From positions 310,001-374,000 of the forward strand of contig NW_027191471.1 in NCBI RefSeq assembly GCF_011745625.1: a stretch of DNA of 64,000 bases, read 5' to 3'. This document shows positions 1-13,238 of this stretch, one piece after another; the first letter of the stretch is position 1, and every line of letters begins with the position of its first letter. The notes under the pieces were generated by a model. It had not been told where the DNA came from. It made no database searches and worked only from the letters and a program-made list of their open reading frames with translations. This DNA comes from Cladosporium halotolerans. Its lineage: Eukaryota. A program made the translations under genes and the position numbers.

Positions 1-181
1 TTATTAGAACAAGAGAGAAGGGTCGGTGGGACGGAGAATAGCATCTTTCCTCCCCTCACTTCGACTACCAACTGCAATACGAAGTCTCAATCATAAATAA
101 ACAATCCAGTCCAAACGTACCCCACCACTACGATCCTCACTCTCCCCTCCGAACAATACTTAAGAAGCAGCAACAAACAAG

Positions 182-1055
182 ATGTCCCAAGGCAAGCTCC
201 ACCCCAAAGTCGCCATCGTGACCGGCGGCGGCGGCGGCTTCGGCAAGGGCATCGCGGCCACCTTCCTGCAGCAAGGCGCGAAAGTGATCATCGCGGACTT
301 CGTCGAGGACGTCGGGCAGAAGACCGCGAGCGAGCTGGGCTGCGAGTTCGTGCGCGCCGACGTGACGAAAAAGGCGGACTGGGAGGCGCTGGTCAAGTTC
401 GCGGACGAGAAGTTTGGGCGGCTGGATGTTGTGGTGAATAATGCGGGCACGACGTATAGGAACAAGGTATGTGGGACTTGGACATTTACATAGGAGGGAT
501 TGGGTTTATGCTGATGGACTTGGACGAACAGCCGACGAACGAAGTGACGGACGAGGACTTCGACAAGGTCTTCACGGTCAACGTGCGCTCGATCTACTAC
601 TCGGCCAACGTCGTGGTGCCGTACATGCAGAAGAAGGGCCTCGGTGGCAGCTTTGTCACAATCGCATCGACGGCAGGCATCAGGCCTAGGCCTGGGTTGA
701 CATGGTACAATGCCTCGAAAGCGGCGGTGATCAACGCGACGAAGACGATGGCGGTCGAGTTTGCTGGTGACAAGATCCGCTTCAACAGTGTCTGCCCTGT
801 TGTTGGGCTAAATACTGGATTGTAAGTTGATGTCGATGCTCGGACAGTTGGGTCGATACGTCTGCTGACGAGACTTGCAGGTCTGATCTTTTCCTTGGCA
901 AGCCGGAGAACCAGGCCAAGTTCATGGCGACTGTGCCTCTAGGACGGGGCTGCTCGCCGGAGGACGTTGGCAACGCCTGCGCGTTTTTGTCGAGTGAAGA
1001 GGCTGCGTTCTTGACTGGCATTGACATGCCCGTTGATGGTGGAAGATGCGTGTAA
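182..1055 (+). CDS. Short-chain dehydrogenase/reductase (classical SDR), 3 exons
   Basis: TGGGGGFG Rossmann motif, VNNAG, YNASK catalytic motif, C-terminal VDGGRCV. Introns 467-531 and 822-880 (GT..CTGAY..CAG) join the ORF pieces in frame. Confidence 0.9.
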
Positions 1056-1166
1056 AAGTAGTCAAAGTAAATGATTCGTAATGTTGAAATGGAAACGCTT
1101 GTTGGCAAGATAGAGATTGAATTACTAGTATTAGCCAAGGTGTACCGTCCTGCAAGCTTCAGTGGA

Positions 1167-3055
1167 CTACGACTCCCCCTTCATCCCATTGAGATACCCC
1201 TTCAGAAAGATAGACGCTGCCATCGCTCCCGGGTCTGGCGGTGCTGAGCCCGCATCGACCTTGTCGCCCACGTAAGTCGCTGTAGTCCGAGTTAGCCAAT
1301 CTGTCCCGGCGTTCACTGGTAACCTCCAACTCACCTCTGCCAAATTTGGCCTTCATTCCAGCCGTGCTCTTTGCACCCTCCTCAGCAGCCGCCACAGCTT
1401 TTTCAAGTCCCTCCTTCTCGAACGTCTCGCAAAACGGAATCAGCGTATCCATTACCGTCCTCCCGCCCTTCCTCGCACTCGTGTACCCCATCAAATTCCT
1501 CAGCGCCCCACCAGCCGCCTGACCCGCCACTTTCTCATCGACCACAAACCCAGACCCAGCTTCTGCAGCCGCGCGCCTCAAATTCGTCGCAAAAGCCGCA
1601 ACGGCAATCGCGATGATAGCGCCAAGCGTGCCGCCGATCTCCTCAACAGCCTCGTCAATCTCGTCTAAAATGTGGAAGATCTTGCCCGATTTGCAGAGGC
1701 CCGCGTCGACTTGCTTCAGGATGCCCTGGCACATGCCCACGACCGCCTCGCCGCAGTCGCCATCGCCCATTTCGATGTCCCACTTCGTGATGTCGGGTTC
1801 GGCGGCGATGGCGGCGCCGCATGCGGCGCGGAGAGCGGATTCTAGTTTTGCGGCGTCGACGTTGGGGCCTTGAGCTGGGTCGTTCGCGGTCTTGCTGGAT
1901 GCGGCATCGTTCGAGGACGGTGAGAGGTCTTGAATGTCGCGGTAGCCGTTGCGAGGCCATGCTGGTGCTGTCGTCTCGGCGTCCAGGAGCTTGAGAAGGT
2001 CCGTCACAGAAGTCTTGGTGGTTCGCTCGATGCCGGAGACGTTGAGGAGGGACAGGGACCAGCCTGGGGCGTTGAGAGACGTCTCGAAGCATTGCACGTA
2101 ATGGCGTTTTGGCGTGATGTTCCAGTTCTTTTCTAGGAGCCTGCGGGTCGAGGCGGTCAAAGCTTCGATTTCGAAATTCGACAGTCCGCCGAAGTTGTTG
2201 ATGAGCAGGAGAATGGTGTCGTTTGGTTTGAACTCGACGAATGCACGATCCTTGTCATTCGGGTCCAAGCAGTACTTGAGCATGTCTGTGATAAGGTCGT
2301 CGACGCTGGGCATCGGGTCCAGCTCGTGAAGGCCGGCTTCGTTGTGAATCCCCATGCCTAGCACGACTGCAGTGTCTGGGATGTGCCGGTGATGCTCGCG
2401 GCCTGGGATGTGGCAGTGGTCCAAACTGCTACCGACTGTGACGCAGTTGTCGTTGACCGCCTGACCGATGTTGAAGCATGTCTCGAAATCGTATCCTGCC
2501 TCTGATGCGCTACCACAGAGCTTCAAGACTGCGCACGGTTAGTCGTAATGTTCTTAAATCCACAATTAGGTTGCAGCACTCACCAAACATATTCCCAGCA
2601 AGTCCTCTTCGTCCCAGATTGGATGTCTGTTGCCGCCCCAAAGCCACATCGTCCGTCATCCGAAGAATAGCGACCCTCTTGCCCATTCCAGCAGCCTTTT
2701 CTTTAGCAAGGCCAAAATGCAAGTTATCGCCGGTGTAGTTCGTAATGCAGAGAATGACTCCGACGTCTGAAGGAGTGTGCTCTATGGCGGCCATGACTTG
2801 TTTGGTGCACGGAGACGCGAAGACTTCTCCGTTGACGGCCGCAGAGAGCATGCCGTCTCCTACATACCCGCTCCATGCTGGCTCGTGACCGCTTCCGCCT
2901 CCAGATATGACTGTGACTTTTGAAGGCGAGTGCGTTTTGGAATAGACAACTTTGTTCGGCACGTCGAGAGCCAGATGGCTGTTTCTGGCCACCAGGCTCT
3001 CCAGGCCTAGTACCACGACGCCCTCGGTGGAGTGGAAGAAATGCTTTGTGCTCAT
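1167..3055 (-). CDS. Dihydroxyacetone kinase family protein (Dak1+Dak2 domains), 3 exons
   Basis: ISGGGSGHEPAW, NYTGD, GRRGLAG, LDHCHIPG, GMGIHNE, MGDGDCG, GGRTVMD, FGRATY, PDPGA motifs. Introns 2529-2583 and 1280-1334. Confidence 0.92.
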
Positions 3056-4171
3056 GATGAGAAGGAGACTGTGAAATGTTGCCCCGAGAAAACAAGGACA
3101 AAACAAGAGATGGCAAGAAACAATACTTAACTCATGCTCGCCTCGCCGCCACCGGGTGTCAGCACAGGCTCAACAGGCTCATTTGCATCCGGCTATCTAG
3201 CCTATGGCGGTTTCCTTGAGCCAGTACGCCTCTGGTTTGGCATCACCATGAACCCCTCCGACCCCGCGCCAGAGCTGCAAACACGCGACGCCTTGCTCGC
3301 TATGCTTACGGCACCGCTCGAATAGGCAATCCCGGAAGCGGAAGCAAAGAGCGACGCGACCGCATCGTGAACTTTACATCAGAATTGCGGGTTGCGTTGT
3401 AAGACTCTGCCACCGTCGGACTGCCTTGTTGGGAGACATGTGTGATGTGTTCCGGGGAGAAATGGTATTCGCAGATGTCATATCCGGGGGCGTGGTAAAC
3501 AGACAACGTCGTTCGTTCATCCTTCCCGAGGTCGTTTCGAGCCCGGGAAGGACGCATTATTGTGCGCCCGTGCCGAACCCCTGCGGACTGCGGGAGGGAC
3601 AAACCGTCTCAAAACGTGTAATAACAATTATGGCAGCTGTAAGCAGAACGATACCGTGCGACTGGCAAAGATTGGCTTTCTACCTGGTGTCTGGAAGAAC
3701 GAGATGAACTTCGCTTGCTCTTCCCAGCAAATGCGCGTTCTATTATTGTATTGTTCGTCGGCATACCGCTTACACGGGAACCGCTACTGCCTGGCCGCCG
3801 TTATTTTTGAAAGCCCAGCGCCCAAAAAGTCTGTGGCATGAGACCTTCCCAGCCGCAACAATCAGTTCGAATACTCTAGCGGAGATGGTAGCAACGTACC
3901 ATATATTACGTCGGGGAGATGCTTCGTGGGCGCTTCTCATGTCATCTCCCCAACCCCTACATAAAATGCGGTACTACCATTACCTTTGTATTATCCAACA
4001 GACGCGTCTCTGTCGAAAGGCAACCGGACAGCGGCGCCACAAATTTTCAGGACTCCACTCTCTTCCTCGGCTCTTTCTCCACCACAATGCGGAGGTCGTC
4101 GGTTTCGGCTTCACTTCGCGCCGCGCAGTTTTTAACTTGCACCCCGTGTCGAGTTCAGTGCATGGCGCGAA

Positions 4172-6131
4172 ATGTCGTCCTCGGCCGGCAGTGGCACGAC
4201 TGGAGTTGTCAAGAAGCCTAGAAAGTCGCGAGGCAGGGGCCTGCGGACTAACACAGGATGGTAAGTCTGCATTTCAACGTCGGATCGAAAGCCGTGGCGA
4301 GTGCCATTGTTAGACACTCGCCGCTTGCCGCCACCTGCGATCCGATGCGAGCCGTCACTGTTGTTCGAGACGACCAACCTGATGAAACGATAGCGCCATC
4401 TGTCGTAAACGGCACACGAAGTGCGATGAAGTGAAGCCCGTCTGCGGTCCCTGCGCTAAAGGACAACGACCATGTGTCTATGGAACCCCAGCAGCCGCGG
4501 AGCCTGCAGCCACGGCACCTGCAGCACACGATGTCACACAAGTTACGCGACCGGAAGTCACACAAGCGCCTAAACCCCGACGCGTAGCACCGCTTTTCAT
4601 GGAGAATCGTCCTGGAGAGCACACACGGTTCTCTCCTATCCCGCCTGGCGATGAGAACGATCAACAACAATGGCGTCCTGACGAGCTTGCAAACGAGACC
4701 ACATACATTTCGAGCCCGCAGTCCAGCTTAGGATCCGCTTACGGCACGGACGTTGCACCTCTTCGATGGTTTGGCCTGCTCGCAGGTGACGTACCTAGCG
4801 ATGTACACGAGGTCTCAGCACTCGAGGCTCTAGGAGACGCGGCGTTATCGCAACGTTATATTCAGCAAACCCGCGAGAACGACAGTCCCAGCACCAACCG
4901 GGATCAATCGTTAGGATCACCTCATGATACGGGGTTTGTCCCTTATGCTAGTAGCAGGCTGCAGATATCGTCCTTGTCGCCTCCAGTAACGGACGAGCGT
5001 TCATTCTGGCAGGCTGCCGATCCTATACAGCTGCGGAGTCATGAATATGAGATTTTCGAACGCTTCGTCAACAGTGTATCTCTCTGGATAGATCTTTTCG
5101 ATTCACTGAAACACTTCTCGACACTAGTGCCTCACCTGGCTTTGCACAACGTAGGATTGATGCGAGCGATACTCGCGCTCGGTGCGAGGCATTTGTCTAT
5201 CAAGCCGAACGGTGGTGGGGGCAACAACGTCGATCGAACCGCTGCTGTGCAATACTATTACGAAACGTTGCAGTACCTCCAGACTGCTATGCGCTTCACC
5301 TCATATAAGAATAGTCCGGAGCTTCTCGCCACGGTGCTCATTGTAAGCACCTACGAGATGATAGATGGCGCGGCCAAAGGATGGGAGCGTCACCTCAAAG
5401 GCGTGTTCTGGATCCAGCGTAGCCGCGATATCACCGGAGAATCTGGAGGCCTCGAGCAGGCAGTTTGGTGGGCATGGCTGCGACAAGATATATGGGCAGC
5501 GTTCCGAGAACGACGGCGCTGCTTCAGTTTCTTCAGACCCGCCAAGCCCTATATCGACATGGACGTGTGGGACATGGCGTCAAGAATTGTCTACATTGTC
5601 GCTCAGGCCATCAACTATAGTTCTACGGAGGACAGGAGGGCCGGAGAGACGGATCTCCCTTCTCGAATATTACGCGCTAACGTCCTGCTGGATCTCTTAG
5701 ATGAATGGCGACGCGGCATTAGCATCCACTTCAACACGCTGCCGCTTCAAGGCACATTCGACTCCGCCTTTACGCCGCTGTGGTACGCGACTCCCGCGTT
5801 TGGCGTCTCTATACAGATGTACTGCGTGGCGCGTATTCTTCTACTAGTAAACCAGCCAGCTGTAGGAGGTTACCTGGAATACCAGAAGCGAGACAGGACA
5901 ATATCCGACTGTGTCGATACTGTTGGCGGTATTGCCATGCGCCTTCCGGATGACGCTTCACGGCTCATGTCAACGCAGTGTTTGTATGCCGCGGGTCTCT
6001 ACTGCACCAACCGGACGAAGCAGGATGGTATCGCTGAGCTGATACGCTCGCATTCGGAGCATACAGGGTGGCCCACTAATGCGGATCTGGTCCAGGAGCT
6101 CAGAGTGCACTGGGCTGAGCAGGGCTCATGA
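4172..6131 (+). CDS. Zn(II)2Cys6 transcription factor with fungal TF middle domain
   Basis: After splicing intron 4261-4393 the protein reads [29 protein letters not shown]. The downstream ORF carries a fungal TF domain (WERHLKG, WAWLRQD). Confidence 0.9.
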
Positions 6132-6141
6132 ACGTATTGAC

Positions 6142-6657
6142 CGAAGTCATTCTGATGAGCGTCTCCAATCATGCGAGGAAACATGACGTGCTACCTTCGC
6201 CTCCATGCTACTGAAATTCAATTTCGGCTCCGAAAGAGTCTCGAGATTTGTGGAATTTATTCTGAGCATCTCCGCATGTTCGAGGAAAGATAATGTGCTA
6301 CCTTCGCCCCTGTAGTACTGGGATTTAGTTTTAGCTTCGAGAAAGTCAAGAACTTTATCGAAGTCATTCTCAGAATCCGCAAATATGTGAGAAAAGGTAA
6401 CGTGCTGTCTTCGCCTTTGTACTACTGAAACGTGATTTTACCCCTGAGAGAGTCAAGAATCTTGTCGAGGTCATTATGAGTATATCTTTTACGTTCGAGG
6501 GGAGATGCGGTGCTGCCTTCGCCTCCATACCACTGAGATCTAATCCTACCCCAAAGAAAATTAGGACTTCTATAGGTATCTTTGACTATGCGACAGAATA
6601 TGTGGCGCTACCTTCGACTTCATATAACTGAAACCTGGTTTCGACACGGAGGGAGTC
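6142..6657. repeat. Degenerate tandem repeat, ~107-bp unit, about 5 copies
   Basis: Core G(T/C)GCT(A/G)(C/T)CTTCG recurs at 6188, 6295, 6402, 6510 and 6605. Flanking GTCATT, ACTGA and GAGTC blocks recur in register. Confidence 0.85.
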
Positions 6658-6872
6658 ATGCAGCTCATGCCACCAAGTTCGAAGCAATGAAGGTTTGTCC
6701 ACTACCCGACAACAGTACACTGTCAGCGGTACGCACACTCACGGCAACAGTCTTGCAGAGCAACACTTTCCCAGCGTTCAGGGTCCAACGAAAGTGTCCA
6801 AGACTCTAGCTCAAATGGAAATCGTACTATAGAAGGTACAAATCGTGACCATACTATCCAAACACCGGCTCT

Positions 6873-8511
6873 CTACGTCCTAATGTACTTGCGGAACAAG
6901 ATGTGCGCCAAAGCGTACACGAAGACACCGAACGCGCACATGCCCGCGATGACGCCAAAGCCGAGCAGATACTTGGGCTGATCCTTCTCTGGGAAGAGGT
7001 ATGCGCCGTAGATCTGGGCCAGATTGCCCAGAGCGTTGACCAGTGCGAGGGATACTGCCCGTGTCTCACGCGGCATATCACCGAAGGTACTCGCGGCGTA
7101 GCTCAAAGCGCAGCCGTTCGTCGACCAAAGACCAGCTGCCATGATGACCAGCAGTGCATAGCGAGCGCTGTATCCATACACCACGCAGATGACGATGGCG
7201 CAGGTGAGAGACACAACGAGCCAACCTGAGATGATAAGGCCGCGCACCTTGGGGTACTTGTCGCCAAAGTACCCTGTGACACCGACGCAGACAAAAGCCA
7301 CGGCGTAGATAGGCACGACCATGAACTGGGCTTTCACGGCGCTGTAACCGAGCCCTGCGACGAGTGTCGGGTAGAAGTAGGAGAGGGTGGATGACCCGAC
7401 GATGACCATGTATCCTGCGATCATGATCCAAACTTTCCAGGAGCGAACGGACTGCGTCAACGCTTGGATAGAGCTGATGTGTGCCGTCTCTTCGGTCTGT
7501 CCGTGTCCCTGGTCATCTTCTAGCCTTGAGACAGCGAGCTCACGCTCCTGCTCGCTGAGCCGTTTGGTGTTTGCCGGATAATCGGGCAGAAGGAAGAAGG
7601 CGACAAGCGCCCAGACGCATGTCGCAGCACCCTCAATGATCTGTGAAAATGTCAGCATCAACAGCCATGAGGCAAGAGGCGAACGATGAAGACCTACAAA
7701 AAGCCACCTCCAGCCGCGTAGCCCAGCTGTGCCCTCCATGCCGCCAGTGATCGCTCCGGCAATGATGCCGCCGAATGCACCGGACAAGACCGCGGCGGAG
7801 ATGTAAACGGCGAAGCGCTTCGATTGTTCATGCTTTTTGTACCAGGAAGACAGCATCAAAAGAATGCCCGGCGCGAATCCAGCTTCGAAAACACCGACGA
7901 GCGTCCGGAGAGCGATTAGGTGTTCGTACGTCTTGATAAGTGCCATGCAGCATGTCACCTGAACGAATTGAGTCAGTACCGGTGGACTGTCGCATCAGGA
8001 GACCTGGAAAAAGACTTACGGCGCCCCAGAGGAACATGATGGTTGAGAGGAAGATAGAAGGCTTGGTTCGAGAGAGGATGAGGTTACTTGGAACTTCGAA
8101 TAGTACGTACTATACAGGGGAATATCTCGTCAGTCTGGCTCAATCTCTAGATGTCCATAAAGTCAAGGGGGACAAACTCACGGTGATGAAGAACACGACT
8201 AAAGTGATAGAGTATTGGTTCGAGTCCATGACCAAGTCGTCTGTCATGCCGGCTACTTTGGCGTTGCCAATGTTGGTTCTCTGTCGCAAGTGTTAGCATC
8301 TGGCATTGATAGTATTCATCAGTTTGGGTCAACATACGTCCATGTAACTCAACAGGTACATAATCCAGACACAGGGCAAAAGGTAGAGGTCGACCTTTCG
8401 CACGAGTGCCTTCTCCGCTGCCATCCTTTCGGCGTCGGTGGCCACTGCCTCTTCGGCCTCTTCGACATACTTGATGTCATCCATGTCTTTTAGGCTCTTA
8501 TCATAGGACAT
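6873..8511 (-). CDS. MFS transporter, anion:cation symporter (Dal5/Tna1-like) family, 5 exons
   Basis: LVRKVDLYLLP, YMDRTNIGNAK, FEVPSNL, GVFEAGFAPG, GLRGWRWLFIIEG, LPDYP motifs. Introns 8281-8337, 8110-8181, 7959-8019, 7641-7697. Confidence 0.92.
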
Positions 8512-9599
8512 GATCGATGTACAAAGCGGTTTGATGTTGAGATGGAAGGAGACCCAGTTCAAAGGCGAGGGGATATCGCTCATGCATATATAGGCGTCAC
8601 TGCCATTGACATCGCTTCCGGAGACTTGCCGGACGCCAGACAATGGATGCAAGGCCCGTTCGACTGATACCTCAGCTGGCTGTCGATGTTGCAGTAGATA
8701 CTGATTGCGGCCACGTGAATCATGCGCCCCCGTAATGCACTGAGTTCGAACCATGAGGCAGTTGCCGTTGACTAGCGTGCCTTTGGCACGAGGGGATCGA
8801 CGCTATAGGACAGATTCTCCGCATCTTCTCCAGAAAAGCCTGTTCGTTACCTGTGGAGGTGGCGTTTCGGTTTCTAGTGGCCTCGTTGCGAGGATGTACG
8901 GGTCCCGTCTCGAGACGAGGTGTGATCTACGTTCAGTCCCCGATCTAAAGGCCGGCATCTGCTATCCCCGAGCGTCTGTAATATCACGTGACCGTACCGA
9001 TTATGTTCATTCTAAAAGCGAAATTGGCATTGAATGCTAACGTCAGTACCACCTTCATAGATGCTTTTGTGTGACTTGAATGTCAAGTCCCGTAAAGCAG
9101 GCGTGGTAAGACCACGTAACACGTTCGCTTACGTACGATTATTAGAAAGTTATGCCTTCGAGACCGTTACGAGCAGGCAGCGTGTCGGGAAGGTGCGGAG
9201 TCAGCAGAAGCCGGCCTTTAGATCGGGGACTGGCAATAGATCAGACCTCGTCTCGAGATAGTGCTGGTATATCCGTCACGTAATTAGGGTCTTTTCTCTC
9301 CCTGCCGTCCATATTGCGTGAATATCGACAGGATATCGTCACGAGGGCAGACTGCACGACAGTCTGCAGACATCCACTTCGTGTCACCGGTACATTCCGT
9401 CTTCCTGAAAGGGTTGCGAGACGGCAGCGCCTGGAAACTCCCCGTATCACATATTAGGACTGTATCGGTACGCCCTCGAGCCATGTTCTTCCATCATACA
9501 CAACCCTATTCGCTTTTGCCCATTTGAACCCAGAATCGTCGAGCTGCATATTCCTTTCTCTCTTATATCAGCATAACCAAGTAATCACCTGCCAACACA

Positions 9600-10517
9600 A
9601 TGGTTCAGGCAGTCTCAATCCACGAGTCCGGCGCCTCTTCGTCGAATGGACACGTAAACGGACACCCAAACGGAAATACAAGCACCATGGCGGATACACA
9701 AGGATCAGAAGCCATGCCATACCTGTCAACAGAGCCTTCACCCAACGCCAGCTGGGCCGTAAACCTCAGTCATAAAGTCATCGCCATCACCGGCGCCAAC
9801 CGTGGCATTGGCCTTGGCCTCGCCGAAGTCTGCTTAGCCAACGATGCCGCCGTCGTCTACTCCCTCGATCTCTCTGAGCCGGATGAGGACTTTCAGGCCC
9901 TCGCCAAAAAGAACCCCAACCGCTTTAAGTACCTGCACATGGACGTGACGGACGAGGCCTCGATCAAACAGACCGTCGACGCAATTGTGGCCGCCGAAGG
10001 CGCCATCCACGGTATGATTGCCAACGCCGGCATGACTAAGCACCAGCCGGCGCTGGAGTTCTCGCGTGAGCAAGTCGAGCAGCTGTTTAAGCTGAACGTC
10101 TTCGGCGCGTTCTCGTGCGCGCAAGCCGCGGCGAAGAAGTTTATTGAGCTGGGCATCAAGGGCAGCATCGTCTTCACGGCCTCGATGACCTCCTATAGAC
10201 CCAACCGTGCCGGCCCCTCGGCACCGTATGGCGGTACGAAAGCGGCTGTGAGGAACATGACGCACACATTGGCGATGGAGTGGGCGCAGTATGGCATTCG
10301 AGTCAACAGCGTAAGCCCAGGTTTTGTGCGGACGCAGATGACAGCGAAAATTGAGGCCGCGCCAGACTTTGACACCAAGATGAAGTACTACGGCGGTATG
10401 CCGAGGCTGGCGCTGCCGCAGGAGCTGGGCGGCGCATATGTGTATTTGATGAGTGACACGGCGACGTACACTACAGGCATAGATATCCCGGTGGCCGGTA
10501 TCGTGGGAGCTTGGTGA
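9600..10517 (+). CDS. SDR of the sugar/polyol oxidoreductase type (sorbose/L-xylulose reductase-like)
   Basis: TGANRGIG, IANAG, TASM, YGGTK, EWAQYGIRVNSVSPG. Single exon. Confidence 0.85.
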   Translation: MVQAVSIHESGASSSNGHVNGHPNGNTSTMADTQGSEAMPYLSTEPSPNASWAVNLSHKVIAITGANRGIGLGLAEVCLANDAAVVYSLDLSEPDEDFQALAKKNPNRFKYLHMDVTDEASIKQTVDAIVAAEGAIHGMIANAGMTKHQPALEFSREQVEQLFKLNVFGAFSCAQAAAKKFIELGIKGSIVFTASMTSYRPNRAGPSAPYGGTKAAVRNMTHTLAMEWAQYGIRVNSVSPGFVRTQMTAKIEAAPDFDTKMKYYGGMPRLALPQELGGAYVYLMSDTATYTTGIDIPVAGIVGAW

Positions 10518-10801
10518 AAAGAATCGGCTGTTGCTTCACGTTTCCTAGATGAAGCTGCAATCTAGACGATATGCACGATTTACAAAACGCTCATTCTCCT
10601 TTGTTGCTCGTAAATACTCACATCTTGTGAATTTCTTTTCGAGAGTCTGATTCTCCGTCGGCCAAGTCTTGACTTGAAAGCCAATCAATCTGCTATACGA
10701 TCCCATCCCTCAAGAACGCTCTTCCTGGGTATACCTGCCCCGGAAACACTCGCCCTGGTCCGCGCAGACGTAAGAAAGTGTGCTCATATTCACCAATGCC
10801 A

Positions 10802-12193
10802 TCACTCCTTTTGAGCCCTTGCGCGCTTTTGAAAGCGCTCCGTACCATTAGCCAGCTTCGCCTCCAAGTATCTGCGCTCGTACGCACGGCCGTCCATGGT
10901 CTCGACGCAAGCTTTGGCGGCAGTGCTGTTGCTGAAGCGTACGGTCATGACACCTTGAGGTTCGGCATCGAAGAGGACGACGTTCTCGACCTCACCAAAC
11001 TTGGAGCACTCTTCGCGAGTGTCTTCGATGATGTCTTCTACGAGCTCTTCGTCTTCTTCGAGCTCCTCGAGCGTGAACATGCGCTTGAGGACGACGACTT
11101 TATCCCAGCGGTGAGAGGTTGCTTGCAGGACAGACACGTCGTCTTCGTCCCATTCGGCAAGGCGTCTGTGAATTCATATCAGTATCCACTGATCATGAGA
11201 GCACGGGTAGCAACGGGAGAACTGACTTGTTCATCTCTTCGGTCTTTTTGATGATCTTCTGACGATCCCGGTTGGCAGCGGTGCCCTTCCTCTTCGCGGA
11301 CTCAGATGCGGCCGGCTTGTCTTTCTGGACCTTGTAATTCTGATCCGCTACTCTGACACGCATCCTGCCGTTCACACCAGGGACACCGAGCCGGAAATCC
11401 GAGTCATCAGTCATGTTGATGGCAAGGTTCACCGACTCAGGGCGGAAGTACACTGCGACATCGAGTCAGTGCTGTGATCAAAGCTGCAGAGGGGGAAAGC
11501 ATTACCAATGAGAGCGTCTCCATTAAATGCGCCATCCTCATTGTAGTACATCTTGATGCGAGGCTGGTTATCGTCAATGCCTTCGGCGATTACGCCAAAC
11601 TTGGAAAACGCCTTGAACAGTTCATCTTCGGTGACGTCTTGAGGAAGCGATGAAATGTAAATCGCTGTGTTTGCGCGCTCCTTCGGCTTTTCGCCTTTCT
11701 GTTTCTTGGAGTTGTCCTATTCATCCGATAAGTAGGAGGTCATGATACCACAGCTTCCCGCCATGGAAGACGAGAGATTCAACTCACATTTTCAGCTTCA
11801 GCAGCCTTGCGTTTCTTGGACGGATCGAGGGCAGGTTCATCGTCGTTGACACCAGGCATCTTGTATGCCTCGCGCTGCTGCTCCGCAAGCGCTTCATCCA
11901 TCTAAATCGCACAAAGACCAGAATGTTAGGGTCACGCCACGGCCGATGTGTATGAACAGCAGCTTCGAATACGCAGGCCGAAGCCCGCCGAGTGTTTCAT
12001 GGTGAGGACGGGATTTGCTTCAGCGCGAGTTGCGTACCATGGGGACCCATTTCGAGGTGCGAGGGAACCATTCCCATTCTTCGCCGTTTTCATCCTCTAG
12101 GATGTAGTTCTTGGTGTCTTTCGAGAAATTGATTCGCGTGTCGGCTTCGAAGTCTTGCACATCGTAAGGGAAAGGCGCGCGGTTCGTCGCCAT
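10802..12193 (-). CDS. U2 snRNP-associated RRM/UHM protein (Uap2/Cus2/Tat-SF1 family), 5 exons
   Basis: Spliced N-terminus MATNRAPFPYDVQDFEAD; RRM with AIYISSLP and YFRPESVNLAI; UHM VVVLKRMFTLEEL..REECSKFGEV. Four GT-AG introns. Confidence 0.88.
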
Positions 12194-12822
12194 CGCCGCG
12201 AATCTCGTGTTCGAATACCACGGAGATTATGGATCAGAGGTATTGAGATGGACAATGGAGCCAAGACCAGTGATCACTCGCAAGACGAAGATCTGCAAGT
12301 CAAAACTTCATCCGGTTCAGGTGCGAAGGAAGTTGGAGTACAGTATGGTGATGGTCGAGGAAGTCGAGCCGGTCTCTGAAATGCGCAGCGGCCTCATATC
12401 TACGGAGCGCCACCCACCGCATGGGACAACATCGGGAGGACATGGTTATGTCCAGCTCTTTTGTAAACGTCCCAAATACGATATGAGTCGACGTCATGAA
12501 TGCAGGCTGCTAATGAATTGATCACCAGGCGTCACATGGACCACAAGCAAGGCTGAGCTTCGCCAATACGGCAAATCGTAACGGGCAGCAAGGCGGAGCC
12601 AACGAGGTTCCCATAGACGAGATCCTGAAGGATCAGGCTTGTGGCACACTACTGTGACCGTGCGGTCTGAGCGCGTCTCTTCTGCAGCAGGATATAATCG
12701 TCTAGAACGACCCTCGGCCCTGAAGTCTTGCAACGTCTTTCTGAATAATTTGATCTTTGGGACAAACCGTACCCTAGCGATATCACGCATCACCAGCATA
12801 TAACAGCCAGACACTATCCAAC

Positions 12823-13238
12823 ATGTCAACCTTGGGAAACGACAGTATGTCTCACCGACCCTGCGTGCCACAGGTTGGCTAACAGTACCACCAGCTACAC
12901 AATGTTACCCCAGTCACGCACCAGCCGGCGGGTCAGTGCCTGGTTTCGAAGACTCCAACCAGCTGAGATGCGGCTTCAGTTACCCGCAAGCTCAGCTCAC
13001 AAACATGACCAGCTGCTGCTCGGGACCAATCTCAGTGTATGACGGCTGTTTTCACTTCTGCGATGCTGAGGATGCATTGTCCTTTAACGACTGTGTCGGG
13101 CGCAACGTCTTCACTGAAGGAGGATTTGGAACGTTATGCAATGAGGCTGCTTCGTCGGCGGCGCCAAGCAAGGTTGGAGGGAGTTGGAAGCTGAGTGGGC
13201 TGCTGGGAGTAATTGTGCTTGCGCGTTTATTTTATTGA
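12823..13238 (+). CDS. Small 8-Cys protein (121 aa) with hydrophobic C-terminal tail and no N-terminal signal peptide
   Basis: ATG 12823, phase-1 intron 12845-12894. Similar in sequence and intron position to the gene at 17055-17567. Confidence 0.75.

Noticed and set aside
6188..6570. 107-bp units loosely resemble the 5' end and length of metazoan U6 snRNA
   Set aside because: No intact ACAGAGA box, AGC triad or U-tail; fungal U6 5' ends differ. Treated as coincidence.
6142..6657. CRISPR-like periodicity
   Set aside because: Eukaryotic context; the whole unit, including would-be spacers, is homologous; no cas genes.
7641..7697. Stop-free in-frame insertions in the MFS, Sfh1 (23007-23060) and F-box (47322-47378) ORFs
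   Set aside because: All have canonical donor, branch and acceptor signals, so they are treated as ordinary 3n introns rather than protein insertions.
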